Positions 14,462 to 30,660 are shown, numbered from the stretch's first letter. The stretch: DNA of 64,000 nucleotides from Chrysomallon squamiferum (GCA_012295275.1 CM022678.1:19034001-19098000), one strand, 5' to 3'. Numbers and translations: made by a program. Notes: generated from the sequence alone by a model not told the origin.

Positions 14462-15471
14462 CACATTAAGGAAACGTTTAACTATGTACTTTTATTATAT
14501 CGAAAAAATACTCAAACGTATAAACAGTTAAACCTGCATTAATAACAAAATTAAAACAAAATATCAACACCAACTAAACAAAAAAATTTCTGAACAGCTT
14601 TTATATTACATTATTTAAACACAAATATTCTGACTATGAAGTCACCTTTAATTTTCAAACACAACAACTTTAACTTTGTAAACTGTAACATTTTGATACA
14701 TGTCATCTTCTATTTTCATCTGGCCTCTATCACAATGTCTGTGTAAAAAATTAATAAAATTTAATGAATGATTTGTAGAATGTGCAGTAATACTGAGATA
14801 AAATAAGAGTAAAAACAAACAAGAAAAAGAAACGTAAGTGAAGACTCAAATTAGAAAACAAGATTGTAAACATATAATTATTATCATAAGGAATATTCTG
14901 ACCACAACAATGGTCAAGCATTCTTTACGCTTGTACAATACAATGTAATAATTGTGTAGAATGACCAGTCAAAGGGTCAAAAAAAAAAAAAAATAATAAT
15001 AATAATATATATCGTTAAGATTGTGTAATAGGCTGTAACAACCAGAATTTGTCCAATTAAATAGTCAAGATGTCACTATGTTTGTGTATATTAATAATAG
15101 TTACAGGACGGATTGTGAAGGACATGAAAAGTAAAATGAACTGATCAGCTTGTAAAATCAGTCATTTATGTTACAAATATCAATAATTATTTTTATCTGG
15201 CCAATAACATCGTTAAGACATTTGACTTTACATTTTGAGTCGCACATGTACACAGCCAGACAGACACATATTATAATGTAAAATGTGTGTGGAGTCTGTT
15301 TCACACAACACGCAGACAATCAACAAATTTATGAAATAAATATTAATAATTATTACTCCCCTGAATATCAAGTCACTGATACGTGGTGACAGAAACAACC
15401 AATCACTTTCCAGTATGTGGGCGGATCCAGACATCTGTCAGTCAGATGAGATTTAAAGTGAGTCGCTGAGT

Positions 15472-15600
15472 TTATGTCTGACATCGTTTGAGCAGAGCTG
15501 TACGTGCGGACACGAGCAGTTTAAACGCCTCCTCACTGCCACACTCTTTTCTGGATGTAACAACACAGCAAGTCTCCTGTACGCCTTGTTCACATCATCT
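15472..15600 (-). pseudogene. DNAJC27: Orphan terminal exon of DNAJC27/RBJ (J-domain end), frameshifted
   Basis: Minus strand tttgacag|A GAT GAT GTG... gives DDVNKAYRRLAVLLHPEKSV, then in another frame SEEAFKLLVSARTALLKRCQT*. This matches the DNAJC27 C-terminus (DEVNKAYRKLAVLLHPDKCVAPGSEDAFKAVVNARTALLK). HPD has become HPE, with a ~7-nt deletion over APG. Confidence 0.8.
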
Positions 15601-16544
15601 CTGTCAAATACACACACACAAATAAACAAATAATAAACACATACATACATACATACATACATATATACATGCATGCATGGGCAAATACACATATATATAT
15701 ATATATATATATATAGATTAGATAGATAGATAGATAGATAGATAGACACAGATACATACATATATATAGACACACACAAACATAATTGTACATATACACC
15801 TAAATATTCACTTATAAACATACAAATAAATAACATAAAAGTAAATTAGTAAATTAATTCAATTTTGTTTTTAAATTTATAAATTAATTCTGACAAAGAA
15901 ACAACCAAGTGAACTTTAATAATAATAATAATAATAACAAAATAAATAAATAAATAGATTAATTAAGTATCATTTAAGATTATAACCTTTTGTTTAATGT
16001 GAATAAATGAATCCATAAAAAAACCACATAAAAAATAAATGTAGAAATAGAAAACATAACAAATAAAGATTTATTATATTTCAGCAGTATATTTAAAAAG
16101 GAAATGTATGCCACTTTATATAATTATTAAAGTATGATTAGGTAAACAGGGACAACACATTTGTTCTAATTTTCAGATTTTGACTGTGTAGATTATTTGA
16201 CGTCTTCATTGAGAAAAAATGCTGAAAAAATACAATATAAATTTAGTATTTGTTAATCTGACCCATTCTAATATTATTTAGGTTCTTTCTGTTTTGCACG
16301 TAAATATATGTTTTAACCATAATAACCATAATAGTAGCGATTGTAGTAGTAATAGCAGTGGTAGTAGTAGTAATAGTAATAATAATAACAGCAGTAATAA
16401 CCAATAATAACAATAATAATTGTAATATTATATATAATAATGATAATAGGAATAACGATAATAACAATAATAATAATAATAACAATAACGATAATAACAG
16501 CAGTTATAATTTATTGAAACAAGATCATAAAAATAACAATAATA

Positions 16545-17390
16545 ATTAGTAATGTTAGTATAAACTACAAGTAAAGATATACAAATGACAACACTATTAG
16601 TAATGTTAGTGTAAAACTATAAGCTAGTGAAGATATAAAAACAACAACACTATTAGTAATGCTAATAAAAAACGATAAATAAGTGAAGATATTAAAACAA
16701 CACTATTAGTAATACTAGTAAAAAACTATAAATAACTGAAGATATACAAATAACAACACTATGAGTACTGTTAGTATAAAACTATATGTAAGTGAAGATA
16801 TAAAAAACAACAACACTATTAGTACTGTTACTATAAAACTATAAGTGAAGATATAAAAACAACAACACTATTAGTAATGTTAGTATAAAACTATAAGTGA
16901 AGATATAAAAACAACAACACTATTAGTAATGTTAGTATAAAATTATAAGAAAGTGAAGATATAAAAACAGCAACACTATTAGTAATGTTAGTATAAAACT
17001 ATAAGTAAGTGAAGATATAAAATTAACCACATTATTGGTATTGTTATTAAGTAAAGATGTAAAAATAGTAACACTATTAGTAATGCTATTGAGCAAAGAT
17101 GTAAAAATAGTAAAACTATTATTAATGTTATTGAGTAAAGATGTAAAAATAATAACACCATTAGTAATGTTATTGAGTAAAGATGTAAAAATAATAACAA
17201 GTATTAGTAATGTTATTAGGTAAAGATGTAAAAATAATAACACTATTAGTAATGTTATTAAGTAAAGAAGTAAAAATACTTACATATTAGTAATGTTATT
17301 AAGTAAAGAAGTAAAAAACAATAAAACTGTTAGTAATGTTATTAAGTAAAGATGTAAAAATAATAACACTATTAGTAATGTTATTAAAAT
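16545..17390. repeat. AT-rich minisatellite; ~55-60-bp unit switching to a 42-bp unit
   Basis: Core aacactattagtaatgtta is repeated throughout. Later units read aacactattagtaatgttattaagtaaagatgtaaaaataat. Confidence 0.9.
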
Positions 17391-17522
17391 ATGTCTTATG
17401 TAGAGAATACAGTAATTATCTCCTCTTACTCACCCGATTCGTGGAATTTAAAAAGGAAAATAGAAAAATGGTGTCTTTATAAACTGACGGTTCGTTTCAT
17501 AATTAGTGATACCAGCGAGGAC

Positions 17523-20500
17523 ATGTAAGTTTGATTTAATTTTTGTGTTACGTTTATATGCTCCACTTTCAACTAACAGTTTATTCATTTCAGATAAAAT
17601 AAAATACTATAAAAAGTTTATTCTATATTGTTAACATCTTCCTGGTATGTTGCGGTGACCTATCTCAATGACCTAATTTCACATAGCAGTTTCTGTGTGT
17701 GTTTATATATCGGCTGACAGCAGTCACACATTTATCTCATGTAGCGTGAGAAAAGTAAATACTAATTAAAACTCTCGGGAACGTTAGTGTTATTAGATAT
17801 AAAGTAGAAATATGTGTTAAGTATTGGTTAGGTTGTATTTCAATTCAACACCGATCCAGATATTTAGCTTATCGTTCCACGAAAATTAGTCGAATTTGTT
17901 TTCATTTTGTTTGATCATGTTTGAGAAAATTACGCAAAAAATAAATAAATAAAATTCGCATTGAAATATGTATTTGATTTCACATTTCCGTCTACGTTCA
18001 TTAATGCAGAATCTAGCCACACAAGCCAAATAAATTCAGTAACCGAATGTTTTCCTCATTTTTCCAATTCCACGAAAAATAGTAATGCATGGTTTCAGTT
18101 TTGTTTATCACGTTCAGTAAATAGATAAATTTGATAGAAAATAAAATTTAAGTTTGCATTAAAATATACATCTCGCTCACGAATTGCTTCTGCAGATTAA
18201 AAGAGTGGAACAAGAAACAGAAAATAAAGAAGAAGAAGAAGAACAACAACAACAATAATAATAATAATAATAAACCTCCATGATCAGTTTGATCTCGATT
18301 TCTAAATAAGAATATTTTCTTTAACATTTAAACCTACACACTACATCAACTTACAATTAAAGATTTCTGTATTATCTCCTCTTACTGAACGGATTCGTGG
18401 CATTTAAAAAGGAAAGACGAAAACAGTCGTGTATGTAAAGAACATCCAGCGAAAAAGTGTCAACTTTCATTTAAGCTTTTGTTATTCAGATTGTACGCCT
18501 TCATGTCCTTTAAAACCATAACTATAATTCACAAATAGTTTACTAATTATATAAGTGCTATAACTAGAACGAACAGTAATATACAAATACACAAAAAGGA
18601 AACTACTCATAAATCCAAGGTAATCTTTTGTGGAACTAGTAAGATTTTGATAGCCTAATAAAGTTAGTATTGATTTAAGGGTGAGCAAATTTTTATTTTT
18701 TCTTCCATTTTTGTTTCCTTTCTTTCTTTTTATTGTTATTATTTTTATTTATTTTTTAAAAATTATTTTATTTTGGTTCATTAATTTTAAAATCGAGATG
18801 CATGCAATTTAGTTGATTATTCTGTGACCGGAACATAGACATAAATGTATGATGTTCAATAACTGGAAAAAAAGAAATTAATAAACTATTGTATGACTTT
18901 CTTTCAGGATAATAGCTGCGAAGAAACAGCATAGCACAACGTCATTAGACGCGGATTTTTCAAGGATAAAAACTGGTGAGAAATACTAGTTACAATGATA
19001 ATGAAACAATTGTATTTTGTTGCATTACTGGTTCAGGCGAAACTCTTCTACTTATATTTATAAACACGTTATTCTCTCTCACAGGATTTATATTCAGACA
19101 TCGGAATAAAAACACAGACATACGCAGACACACACATATTTATACAAAAATGATGGAGAGAGAGACATTCAGTAAATGAAGCATTATGTGATTTCGAATC
19201 TGCAATTTTAAAAGAAAACAATTTCGAACATCTTATCTTTGGAAAGGCACTTTTCCCCCGAAGTTATTCTTTCAGAAATCTGCAATTATATAGATTTTAT
19301 TTTTCAGCTACAGATGATGACATTTCCTTGGAAAAGAGACTGGAATCGTTTCCTCACTCCTTTCTTCTCACAGATCTCATGCTCATCACTAAACAACGTA
19401 GAGAAAAGATACTTTTAAAGTTACAACGAGAACCGGAAGAAAAGAAACAGAGTTTGATGGAAAGAAATCGAGACGTCAATTTTATTTCCTTCATGCAGTT
19501 TTTGCTAGGAGATCGAGACAAAGCAATCGAGACAAATTTGAAAGTCTGCCGTCGTGACCCTACTAACATTGTAGCTCGTGCAAATCGTGTGCGTTTTCTG
19601 CTAAAACAGGATAAGCCTTCTGCTGAATCAGAATTAATCAAACTGGAAAATCTGAAGGGAGATTCTTATAGAATGCGTGCTGTAGCTGAAGCTGAAATTG
19701 CTTACTGCTATGCTCGGATATCACCAGCTTCTTATCCAAAGTGTGTGGAGCTGAACAGAAAAGTAAATCAGAAATATCCAGAAGAATACGAATGGAAATT
19801 TGGAGAGGGTCTTACACTTAGACGAACTGTATCCCTTCAATGCTATTCGTTTCATCCAGGTATCGATATCGTTGAGTTAGCTGTTAGATGCTCGAAAGTG
19901 CTAGAGGAAGTCGGCAGTAAGGCATCAAAACCGTTTAATGCGATGGCGTATGCTGATCTCGGGGAATTCGCGACTCGGTTTGAATTAAGAAACACACCAT
20001 TTGATGATGAAATTGTGGTAGAAAGGTTTAAGCAACAAACAACACTGCTTTCGTGCGAGGAATATTTCCAGAAAGCTCTTGATTTAGACAAGCAGGACCC
20101 TTTTGTACTTGCTAGGTGCGGTAAGCATTTCTTGAACAAAAACCAACTGGATAACGCTCAGACACTGTTAGAAGAGTCATTCAGGATTCGGCCAACAGGC
20201 AATGCTGTTCATCAGTTGGGAAAAGTTCTGCTGAGAAAAGCGGAAAATGAAAGCAATTCGAGAACATTTCAGCGTGCGATTAAGAATCTAAAACAGTCCG
20301 TTGATATAACACACGGCGATAATTATAGTGCTATACTTGACTTGGCTTCTGCTTACATGAGTAGAAAATGTTACGAAGACGCTGAAGAGGTCCTAAAGGA
20401 TAAAATACAAAAAGATGAAATTGAAACCAGTCCGTTCGATCGAATTGCTGCGTTGAAGAAAATGGGTATTATTTGTTCTGAAAAAGGTAAAAGTCCATTA

Positions 20501-21433
20501 CTTTCTCCAGATGAACAGGCACAGCTGAGAAAAGAAGAAATAAACTACAAAATTCTTGCTATAGAAGTTTCTGCGATCGAGGTGCTGTATAAATATCGCA
20601 CTCATTTTAGAACGGTATCTGATTTGCTGAACCAAACGGATGGTCCACATGGAGTACAAATACCGCGGCAAGTTAAAGAAGTTTACTGCATGATCAGTGA
20701 ATTCGCCCCTTCTCTTCCGATTTATGAGAAGATTCAAAACCGAAATCTGGGATCCGAGGACTGGATTGCAATTACAGAGGAATATCTCAATCGACAAGAA
20801 TACGAAAAGGCCAGACTGTGTGTAAGTCTTCTGCAGGGTACACAAAAAGCTGATGACGTTCCTTCTTCTGTCATCAATCGAGTTTATCTTAAAACAGCCC
20901 AGCAGATGTTATCAAGAGACGAGTCACCGAGTAGAGCTTGGCCTTGTTTCAGAAGGATTTTTGCGTTGTTTTACAAAACGAAGAAAGAAGATGAAATAAA
21001 TGCTGCTGATATTATGATTCTCCATGACAAAGACGACTGTAAAACATCTGAGATTTCAAAGAAAATTCAGGAAATTCTGAAATACTATACAGGTCTTGAA
21101 GTGACGAGAAATGATGAACTTGCCTTTGAAGGAATGGATGACATCTCTTTTTACAAAAGACTGATGCCTCTTATTCGATGTGTTGTTGTAGTGGTAAATT
21201 CCGATACGCCAAACACACACTGGAAACAAATAATTGATTTGGCAATAGTAACTTCTAAGAAAGAGGAGAAAACAATGATTGTATGCTTGAAATCAGGAGA
21301 GACTCACAGTGTCACTGAACTGAATAATTTCAAAACAGGAAAAACTCCGTCAGACGAAGCAGACGAGAAAGCTGCAGTGGACTGGCTGCTGGAAACTTTT
21401 CCACTTCTTGTCAATGCTGACGTCAATGTCTAA
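17523..21433 (+). CDS. TTC22/IFIT-like TPR protein with C-terminal TIR-like domain, copy 1; proposed join(17523..17524,18908..18975,19308..21433), 731 aa
   Basis: Open 2126-nt exon after acceptor ttttcAG|CT (19308). The upstream 68-nt exon (cag|GATAATAGCT...ACTG|gtgag) splices in phase. N-terminal LESFPHSFLL, DPTNIVARAN and AVAEAEIAYCY resemble TTC22. TPR-like helices include YFQKALDLDKQDPFVLARCGKHFL and AVHQLGKVL. C-terminal DIMILHD...GLEVTRND...RCVVVVVNS...W has a TIR-like pattern. The first exon and start codon are inferred. Confidence 0.85.
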
Positions 21434-21849
21434 ATTTGTAAATTTGGTAATTTACAAATCGAACAAGAATTTGAAATGAACTGAATGGACTTTTCAACTT
21501 TAGAAACTATACTACCATTACTAGTAATAATAATAATAATAATAGTCATATGAAGTCAAAAACAACGACAACAACAACAATAACAGTAATAATTATAGTT
21601 ATATCAGGAACCCTACTCCAAATTTGTGTTATCTAAAGCTTTAGAAGGACGCTATGAAAACCACTGCTTCTCTGTAATATGATATGGTATGATATACATG
21701 CATACGTGCGTACATTAATATATATATCTATATATATATATATAATATTGTGTTTGTGTCTTCTTATCTATCTATATATCTATATATAGTTATTATTCTA
21801 GGAATAAAATGTTATATCTATTTCTGTTGGGTTTTTCTTGTTGTTGTTT

Positions 21850-22001
21850 TGTGTGTGTGTGTGGATGGGTGTGTGTGTGTGTGTGGATGGATGTGTGTGT
21901 GTGTATGTGTGTGTGTGTGTATGGATGTGTATGTGTGTGGATGTGTGTGTGGGTGTGGGTGTGTGTGTGGATGTGTGTGTGTGTGTGGATGTGTTTGTGT
22001 G
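21850..22001. repeat. Compound (TG)n/TGGA microsatellite 3' of TPR gene copy 1
   Basis: Direct read of the sequence. Confidence 0.95.
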
Positions 22002-23774
22002 TAAATTTTGTCTACAAGCGATGACATCTTTTTAATACGAATGGTTTTTGATATGTTTGTAATTTAGAACTGGAAGTGTAAGCCGTGTAAATTCAAATTG
22101 TTTTTGTTTAAAGAGCTTTGTGTGAACTTACGTTTATCAGGTGATTGTTGTTTCTTTCTTGATTGCATCGATATTTTTTTATTTACTATTATTATTGTTA
22201 TTCTTTCTGTATAAACTATAGTTAATTTCAAAACTTCACACTTTATTTTTATAAATACGTATTATTAGTTATATATAAATATGTCTCAATGCATTTTTTT
22301 TTTAAATTCATTTCAATTCTACAGCTTGGTGAAACCAGCTTTATCAAACAGAAAGAACAATAAACGGGTATATATCTGTATATACCAGTATTTTGGAATA
22401 ATACTTCTATTTGACTGTAACGCTATTGATCCATCTAATGCGTGTTACTTGATCTACCCGTTTATTTGAAACATTCAGAGTCCAGTCTCATGATAGAGAG
22501 TGGACATGCAGATACTGTAAGTGCAATGAAAACATAAATTGTGATAAGTTCAAATGTTTAATTCCTGGAGACTGAAGATCGGCTTAATTGGCTGGTATAT
22601 ACACACGGAAATCGTACACTAAAATCAGAACAAAATAAAACAAAAACAGTTAAAATAAGTAAAGATATCACAGGCTCAAATTGAAAATTACAAAATATAA
22701 AGTTATAAACAATTCATTTGCGACCAGTACGAGTCAGAATTACTGAGATGTTGAATACGTAATAATAGATTTGGTTAGTAAGAGCAGCTGCCTTTGATAC
22801 GACACACGTGCTATTCTGTTAGGCTCTCGAAACCACGATCTACACACAAAGAAAGGGCGATACAGTTCAAGTAATACACATAAATGTACATAAACCAGAT
22901 TACATTAGACAGGATCGGAACGTGCAAAGTCTTTAACGTATCCAGTTCATTAAGCTTTTCACATATATAAAGACAGAAATATACATTTAAATTATCTCAT
23001 ATTGATAATAAGAAAACGCCAGACATTAATAAATAAACAGTACTAATTGAAATATCTTTAAAATTTGGCAAACAAATATTTTTTTCCAAGGTTAATACTG
23101 AAGATTGTACTTGTGTTCGGGTGTAACGTACGTCTACTATTATCAGAAATACTGGGTGACATGTTATATATCGGTATCAAAGCAACCAGTTAGTCATACG
23201 TTTTGTCCCAGGTGCGAATAATGGTGTGATGGTAAACTACTTAACACTGAGTGATCGTGTTTCAGTTCATTTGACAATACAACATATTGAGAACTTTAAT
23301 ACTGCCTGACATATACTGACAAATAAACAAATGTGTACATTCTACGTGAATACTTCAATGTAGATAAGACTGATTTTTGTTTTTATTTCGAATTTAACTT
23401 CTCAGAGAGTCAGCGCTACATTTAGACGTACACGACCTAAGTTGTTGAAGTCTTGAAAGCCATGTTTGACGTGAAATGAAATATATTGGAGCTGATTAGA
23501 AAATATATTTTGATCCTGTGCATGCTATTTACATCGTAACCGCAAAAGAAAAAGATGAAGATGCAAGTAGTTTTGACGGAGATGACCTCTGGAAGCTGAA
23601 AGTTCAAAAATGTCGATATTACGATTCACGTTTCATTTCCATATTAACAACGAATATACAGCCTGTATCCTTCCAAATAACTCATTCATGGAGCCATATC
23701 ATCTTTGTAAATGCATACATATGTAATAAAGGGCATACAGTCATTATTGTGTTTATAAATTATCAACGATAATG

Positions 23775-24075
23775 TTATCCAAAGGCTCTTTTTTTTAACA
23801 AAAAGTAAATGAAAAATATCCAGAAGAACACTACTGAAAATTTGAAGAAGGTCTAACAGTTAGACGTTGTTGTTGTTGTTTTCAAAGCTATTGTTTCAGT
23901 CACGTACCGATATCGTTTTTCGCTGTTAGATGCTAAGAACTGAAAACAGGAATTCGGCAGTAAGGGACCAGAACCATTAAATACCATCGCTCATTCCGGG
24001 CTTGGGTCATTCTTATGTAATTTTATAGAAAATCATTTAACTGAGCGATAGTGATTTACCGATGAAATTGCAGCA
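23775..24075 (+). pseudogene. Relic internal fragment of the TPR gene family
   Basis: ttatccaaaggc...aaaagtaaatgaaaaatatccagaagaacactactgaaaatttgaagaaggtctaacagttagacg and ggcagtaaggg match 19732-19965 and 28479-28712 (YPK..KVNQKYPEEY.WKFGEGLTLRR). The Trp codon has become TGA and there are indels. Confidence 0.85.
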
Positions 24076-25041
24076 CTAACATTTAGTAAAAAGAATAAAT
24101 AAATAATAATAATAATAATATAATAAAATAAAATAAATAAACAAGCAAACAAAAAAAAAAAAATAATAAAAAAAAAAATAAAAAAAATCAAACAAAATCA
24201 GTTAGGTGATCGTAGATTCTAAATAGACTGCCTAACCAATCAGACACGACTATTTTCCATGGTGATCACGTGACAACGATAATGCAGCAGCCTGGTCACT
24301 CGACACTCAGGTCAACTCGACATGTCGATAATAAAATTACTCCATAAAGACAAGACTGGCCGGCCTCAGTGATAACAATGGAAGTAAGACTTTATCAAGT
24401 TAAATAAGTAAATACAGATAAGACAAGAAATAAATTATGAATTTCTTTAGTAGCATTTTGAGTTCCCTTGACAATAAAACATATTTAGAATTTTAATACC
24501 GTGAGACATATACTGACAAATAAACAAACGTGTACATTGTACGTGCATCGTTCAATGTGGATTCGTCTGGAATTTAACTTGTGGGAGAATCAGTGCTACA
24601 TTTAGACGTATCTGGACCTAAGCAGTTAAAGTCTTGAAAGTCATCTTTGATGTGAAATTAAATACGTCTTGATAACGATAACACTTGTTACGGAGAGACG
24701 GGTGGACCTTTAGTTTGGCTTCAATAAAAAAACACACACAAAAAAACTTTCAGTTTATACAAGTACAGAGAAACATCCAGTGTTTATCTTATTCTCTTTC
24801 TAACTGCAGAAACATTAGTCATATTTACTTTCAGTTTGTTTAATCACGTTCGCGTAACAGCTAAATCTAATACGCATACAAAGTTACCATTCAACTATAT
24901 ATGTACATGGTCAGTGCATTGATATGTACTATTATAAAAATGTGCAAACGAAACAACACATTCAAAATTCTGCTTGGGATATAAAAAAGAAATTTACAAA
25001 ATTTACAAAAGGTTTGTTGACACCAGAAAAAATCGAATGGC

Positions 25042-25076
<35 letters not shown>

Positions 25077-25404
25077 TCTTTTTTAATGCAATAAAAGAAG
25101 AAGAAGAAGAAGAAGATTTAAAGAAGAAAGAAAAAATAATTTGATCAGGAGGCAAAGTTCCTAATCTTTTTCTTTCTTTTTTCTTTCATTGATATTCTAA
25201 TTCTTCTTCTTCTTCAAAATTATTATTATTAATGCCATTCGATTTTTACTGGTGTCAAAAAACGTTAGGATCCAATTTTGTATGTATATATATATATACA
25301 TGTATGTATGTCTGTATGTATGTATGTATGTCTGTACAAATATATATATATGAATATATATATATATATATATATAGATAAATATATATGTATATATATG
25401 TATA

Positions 25405-25468
<64 letters not shown>

Positions 25469-25764
25469 TAGATAGATAGATAGAAAGATAGATGTATATA
25501 TCTATACACAGAATATATAATATATTGAATTCAGGTAGTCAGTATTTTATTGTAATAGCAGTTTGATAATAAAGTGGACTATGTCCTGGCCTGCACACAG
25601 ATAAAACGAAGAGGTGTGGTCAGGAATGTGTTTATGTTGTTGTCAGGCGACAATGTCATAACGTTACCGTATCGGGTGATATCCCTTGTAGAAGAGATTT
25701 CACATTGATTACCTAGTTTCACTGTACCAGTTCTTTGAATTTCAATAACGAAAGTAGTCGGTTG

Positions 25765-25824
<60 letters not shown>

Positions 25825-26043
25825 TACACCTGAAAATGACTAAGGCGTGGTTTCTCTATGATTAATCATTTTTACTACATAACTAAATTTCGTACACAAT
25901 AATATTTGCATTAAAGTATATATCTGCTTAGCAAATTACATTTTGATATATAACAGTTATAAGGAATTATTTTAATCAAACACATAAGAAGCAAATAACA
26001 CAAGACGTGAATTAAAGCTTTCCAAAGTAAAGATAAAAACTTA

Positions 26044-26173
<130 letters not shown>

Positions 26174-26557
26174 AAGAAATAATAATAATCAATAGAAATA
26201 AAATTAGGAAGGCCTAGAGATCAGACTCATATCGATTTCCACATAAATATATAATTTTTTTCAAATACTTAATAAATACATTTTAATATTTAAAGCTTCA
26301 CGTATTCTGTCACAAGAACTCAGTATTTTATTGTATTAGTACTTTAATAATAAAATGAACTATGTCCCGGGAAGATAAAGTATAAAGTACAGAGATATGA
26401 CAAGGAGGTGTGGCCATGAATGTGTTTAGATTGTTGTCATGCCGCAAGTTCGTAATATTACCTTATTAGGTGATATCCCTTATGTAGCTTTCACATCGAC
26501 TATCTTGTTTTATTGTACCCATTCTTGGAATTTCAATAAGGAAAGTAGACACCTGAT

Positions 26558-26621
<64 letters not shown>

Positions 26622-27412
26622 AAAAGGTGAAGCTATCATAGTTTTTGACTGTTCGTTTGAGAGTAAGGAACATCCAGCGATAACGTGTAAGTTTGGTTTA
26701 GCATTTGTTATTACTTTATATTTAAGTAATATTTAGATCATTACTTCTGCATTAAAATATAAACTTCATTCATGAATTATCTAGTGATATATCTAAGCTA
26801 ACCACAAACAGACGAGAAGCAGATAACACAACACATTAAACCAAATTTCATCTTAGTTCAGAAATAACAAGAGCACGTAAATCGATGCGAATGTTTACTG
26901 AAACCAGTAGGATTTTGATACCGTAATTGAAATTAAGATTTACTGAAGCCTGAGAGGAAAATATTTTTATTAGTAGTATTATTATTTTATTATTTTATTT
27001 TTATACATTTAAAATCTAGACGCAGGTGATTTCGTTGATTATTCTCTGAAGCAAACAACAAACAGCTGTGCTCATGTAAAAAGAAAAGAAAAAATCCTAC
27101 TAACAACTGTTTAATAAATATTTCTCATACCTTACGGGTCTCTTTACTCGCTATAGTTATCGAATACACCCGTTTCTCTCTCTATGCTCTTATACATAGG
27201 CTGATAAGGGCGATATGTTTACCTGATGCAGGCTGATAAAGAAGAACTGCTGGAAGTGCTAGATAAATTAGTTTCAAACTAGAAATACTTTATTTATTTA
27301 TTTACTTATTTACGTATGTATCTTATATTAACAAAACATTTTCTTTTTCTCATTGATTATTGTTATTATTATTATTATTATTTTTATTATTATAATTATT
27401 ATGATTATTATG

Positions 27413-27506
<94 letters not shown>

Positions 27507-27630
27507 CTTACTTATTTTATTTTTATTTATTCCTGGTTTTTTGAAAACAATTATATTACGTTCCAGAGAAAAGTACAGTGGAGCCAAAAAACAATATTAA
27601 TAAAATATTTTCTGACTTTCTTTTAGGATA

Positions 27631-30180
<2,550 letters not shown>

Positions 30181-30259
30181 ATTTGATAATTTACAAATGC
30201 TAAGTAGAAATTCTAATGAACTGCATGAATTGTAAACAAGAATAATAATAATCATGTTA

Positions 30260-30294
<35 letters not shown>

Positions 30295-30660
30295 AATAAT
30301 TATTATTATTATTATTATTATTTGAAGGTAAACAACAACAACAACAGGAACAACAGAAATTATACAAATAATTACAATTATATTAAGATCCTTTCTTAAG
30401 AAACTGCTAGAAGTGGAAATGGTTTCCATTACTGAAATTTTCAATTTTATGAATATAAGTAAATAGTCAGAAAATAAGGTTTATTTTTGAGGAACAAAAT
30501 AATACATATGTAGAGGTTAGAAAAGAAAAATATAGAGGATGTATTGACGGTCTGCAGTTATTTTAATTTTTTTGAATAACTTTGTGCTTGAAATGAAATT
30601 TGTGTAATCTAAAGATTCAGAAGGATGATAATAGTTGGATGATAATAGTATCACAACTTC

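Noticed and set aside
16932-17243. Hydrophobic repeat ORFs
   Set aside because: Translation of the 42-bp minisatellite, whose unit is a multiple of three.
17455-17470. ISRE-like GAAA-N3-GAAA motifs upstream of copy 1 (also ~18411)
   Set aside because: Non-canonical spacing and expected by chance in A-rich DNA, so not supportable without a background test.
19328-19330. TTG starts given by the ORF track (19328 and 28033)
   Set aside because: 19328 lies inside the spliced exon and 28033 lies in the intron before the acceptor. The real starts come from upstream exons.
19354-20845. Antisense ORFs within the TPR genes (also 28599-28949, 29659-29967)
   Set aside because: Shadow ORFs of the higher-GC coding strand.
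27199-27270. Possible extra small exon in intron 1 of copy 2 (ag|gctgataa twice)
   Set aside because: Acceptor-like sites exist but there is no convincing donor.
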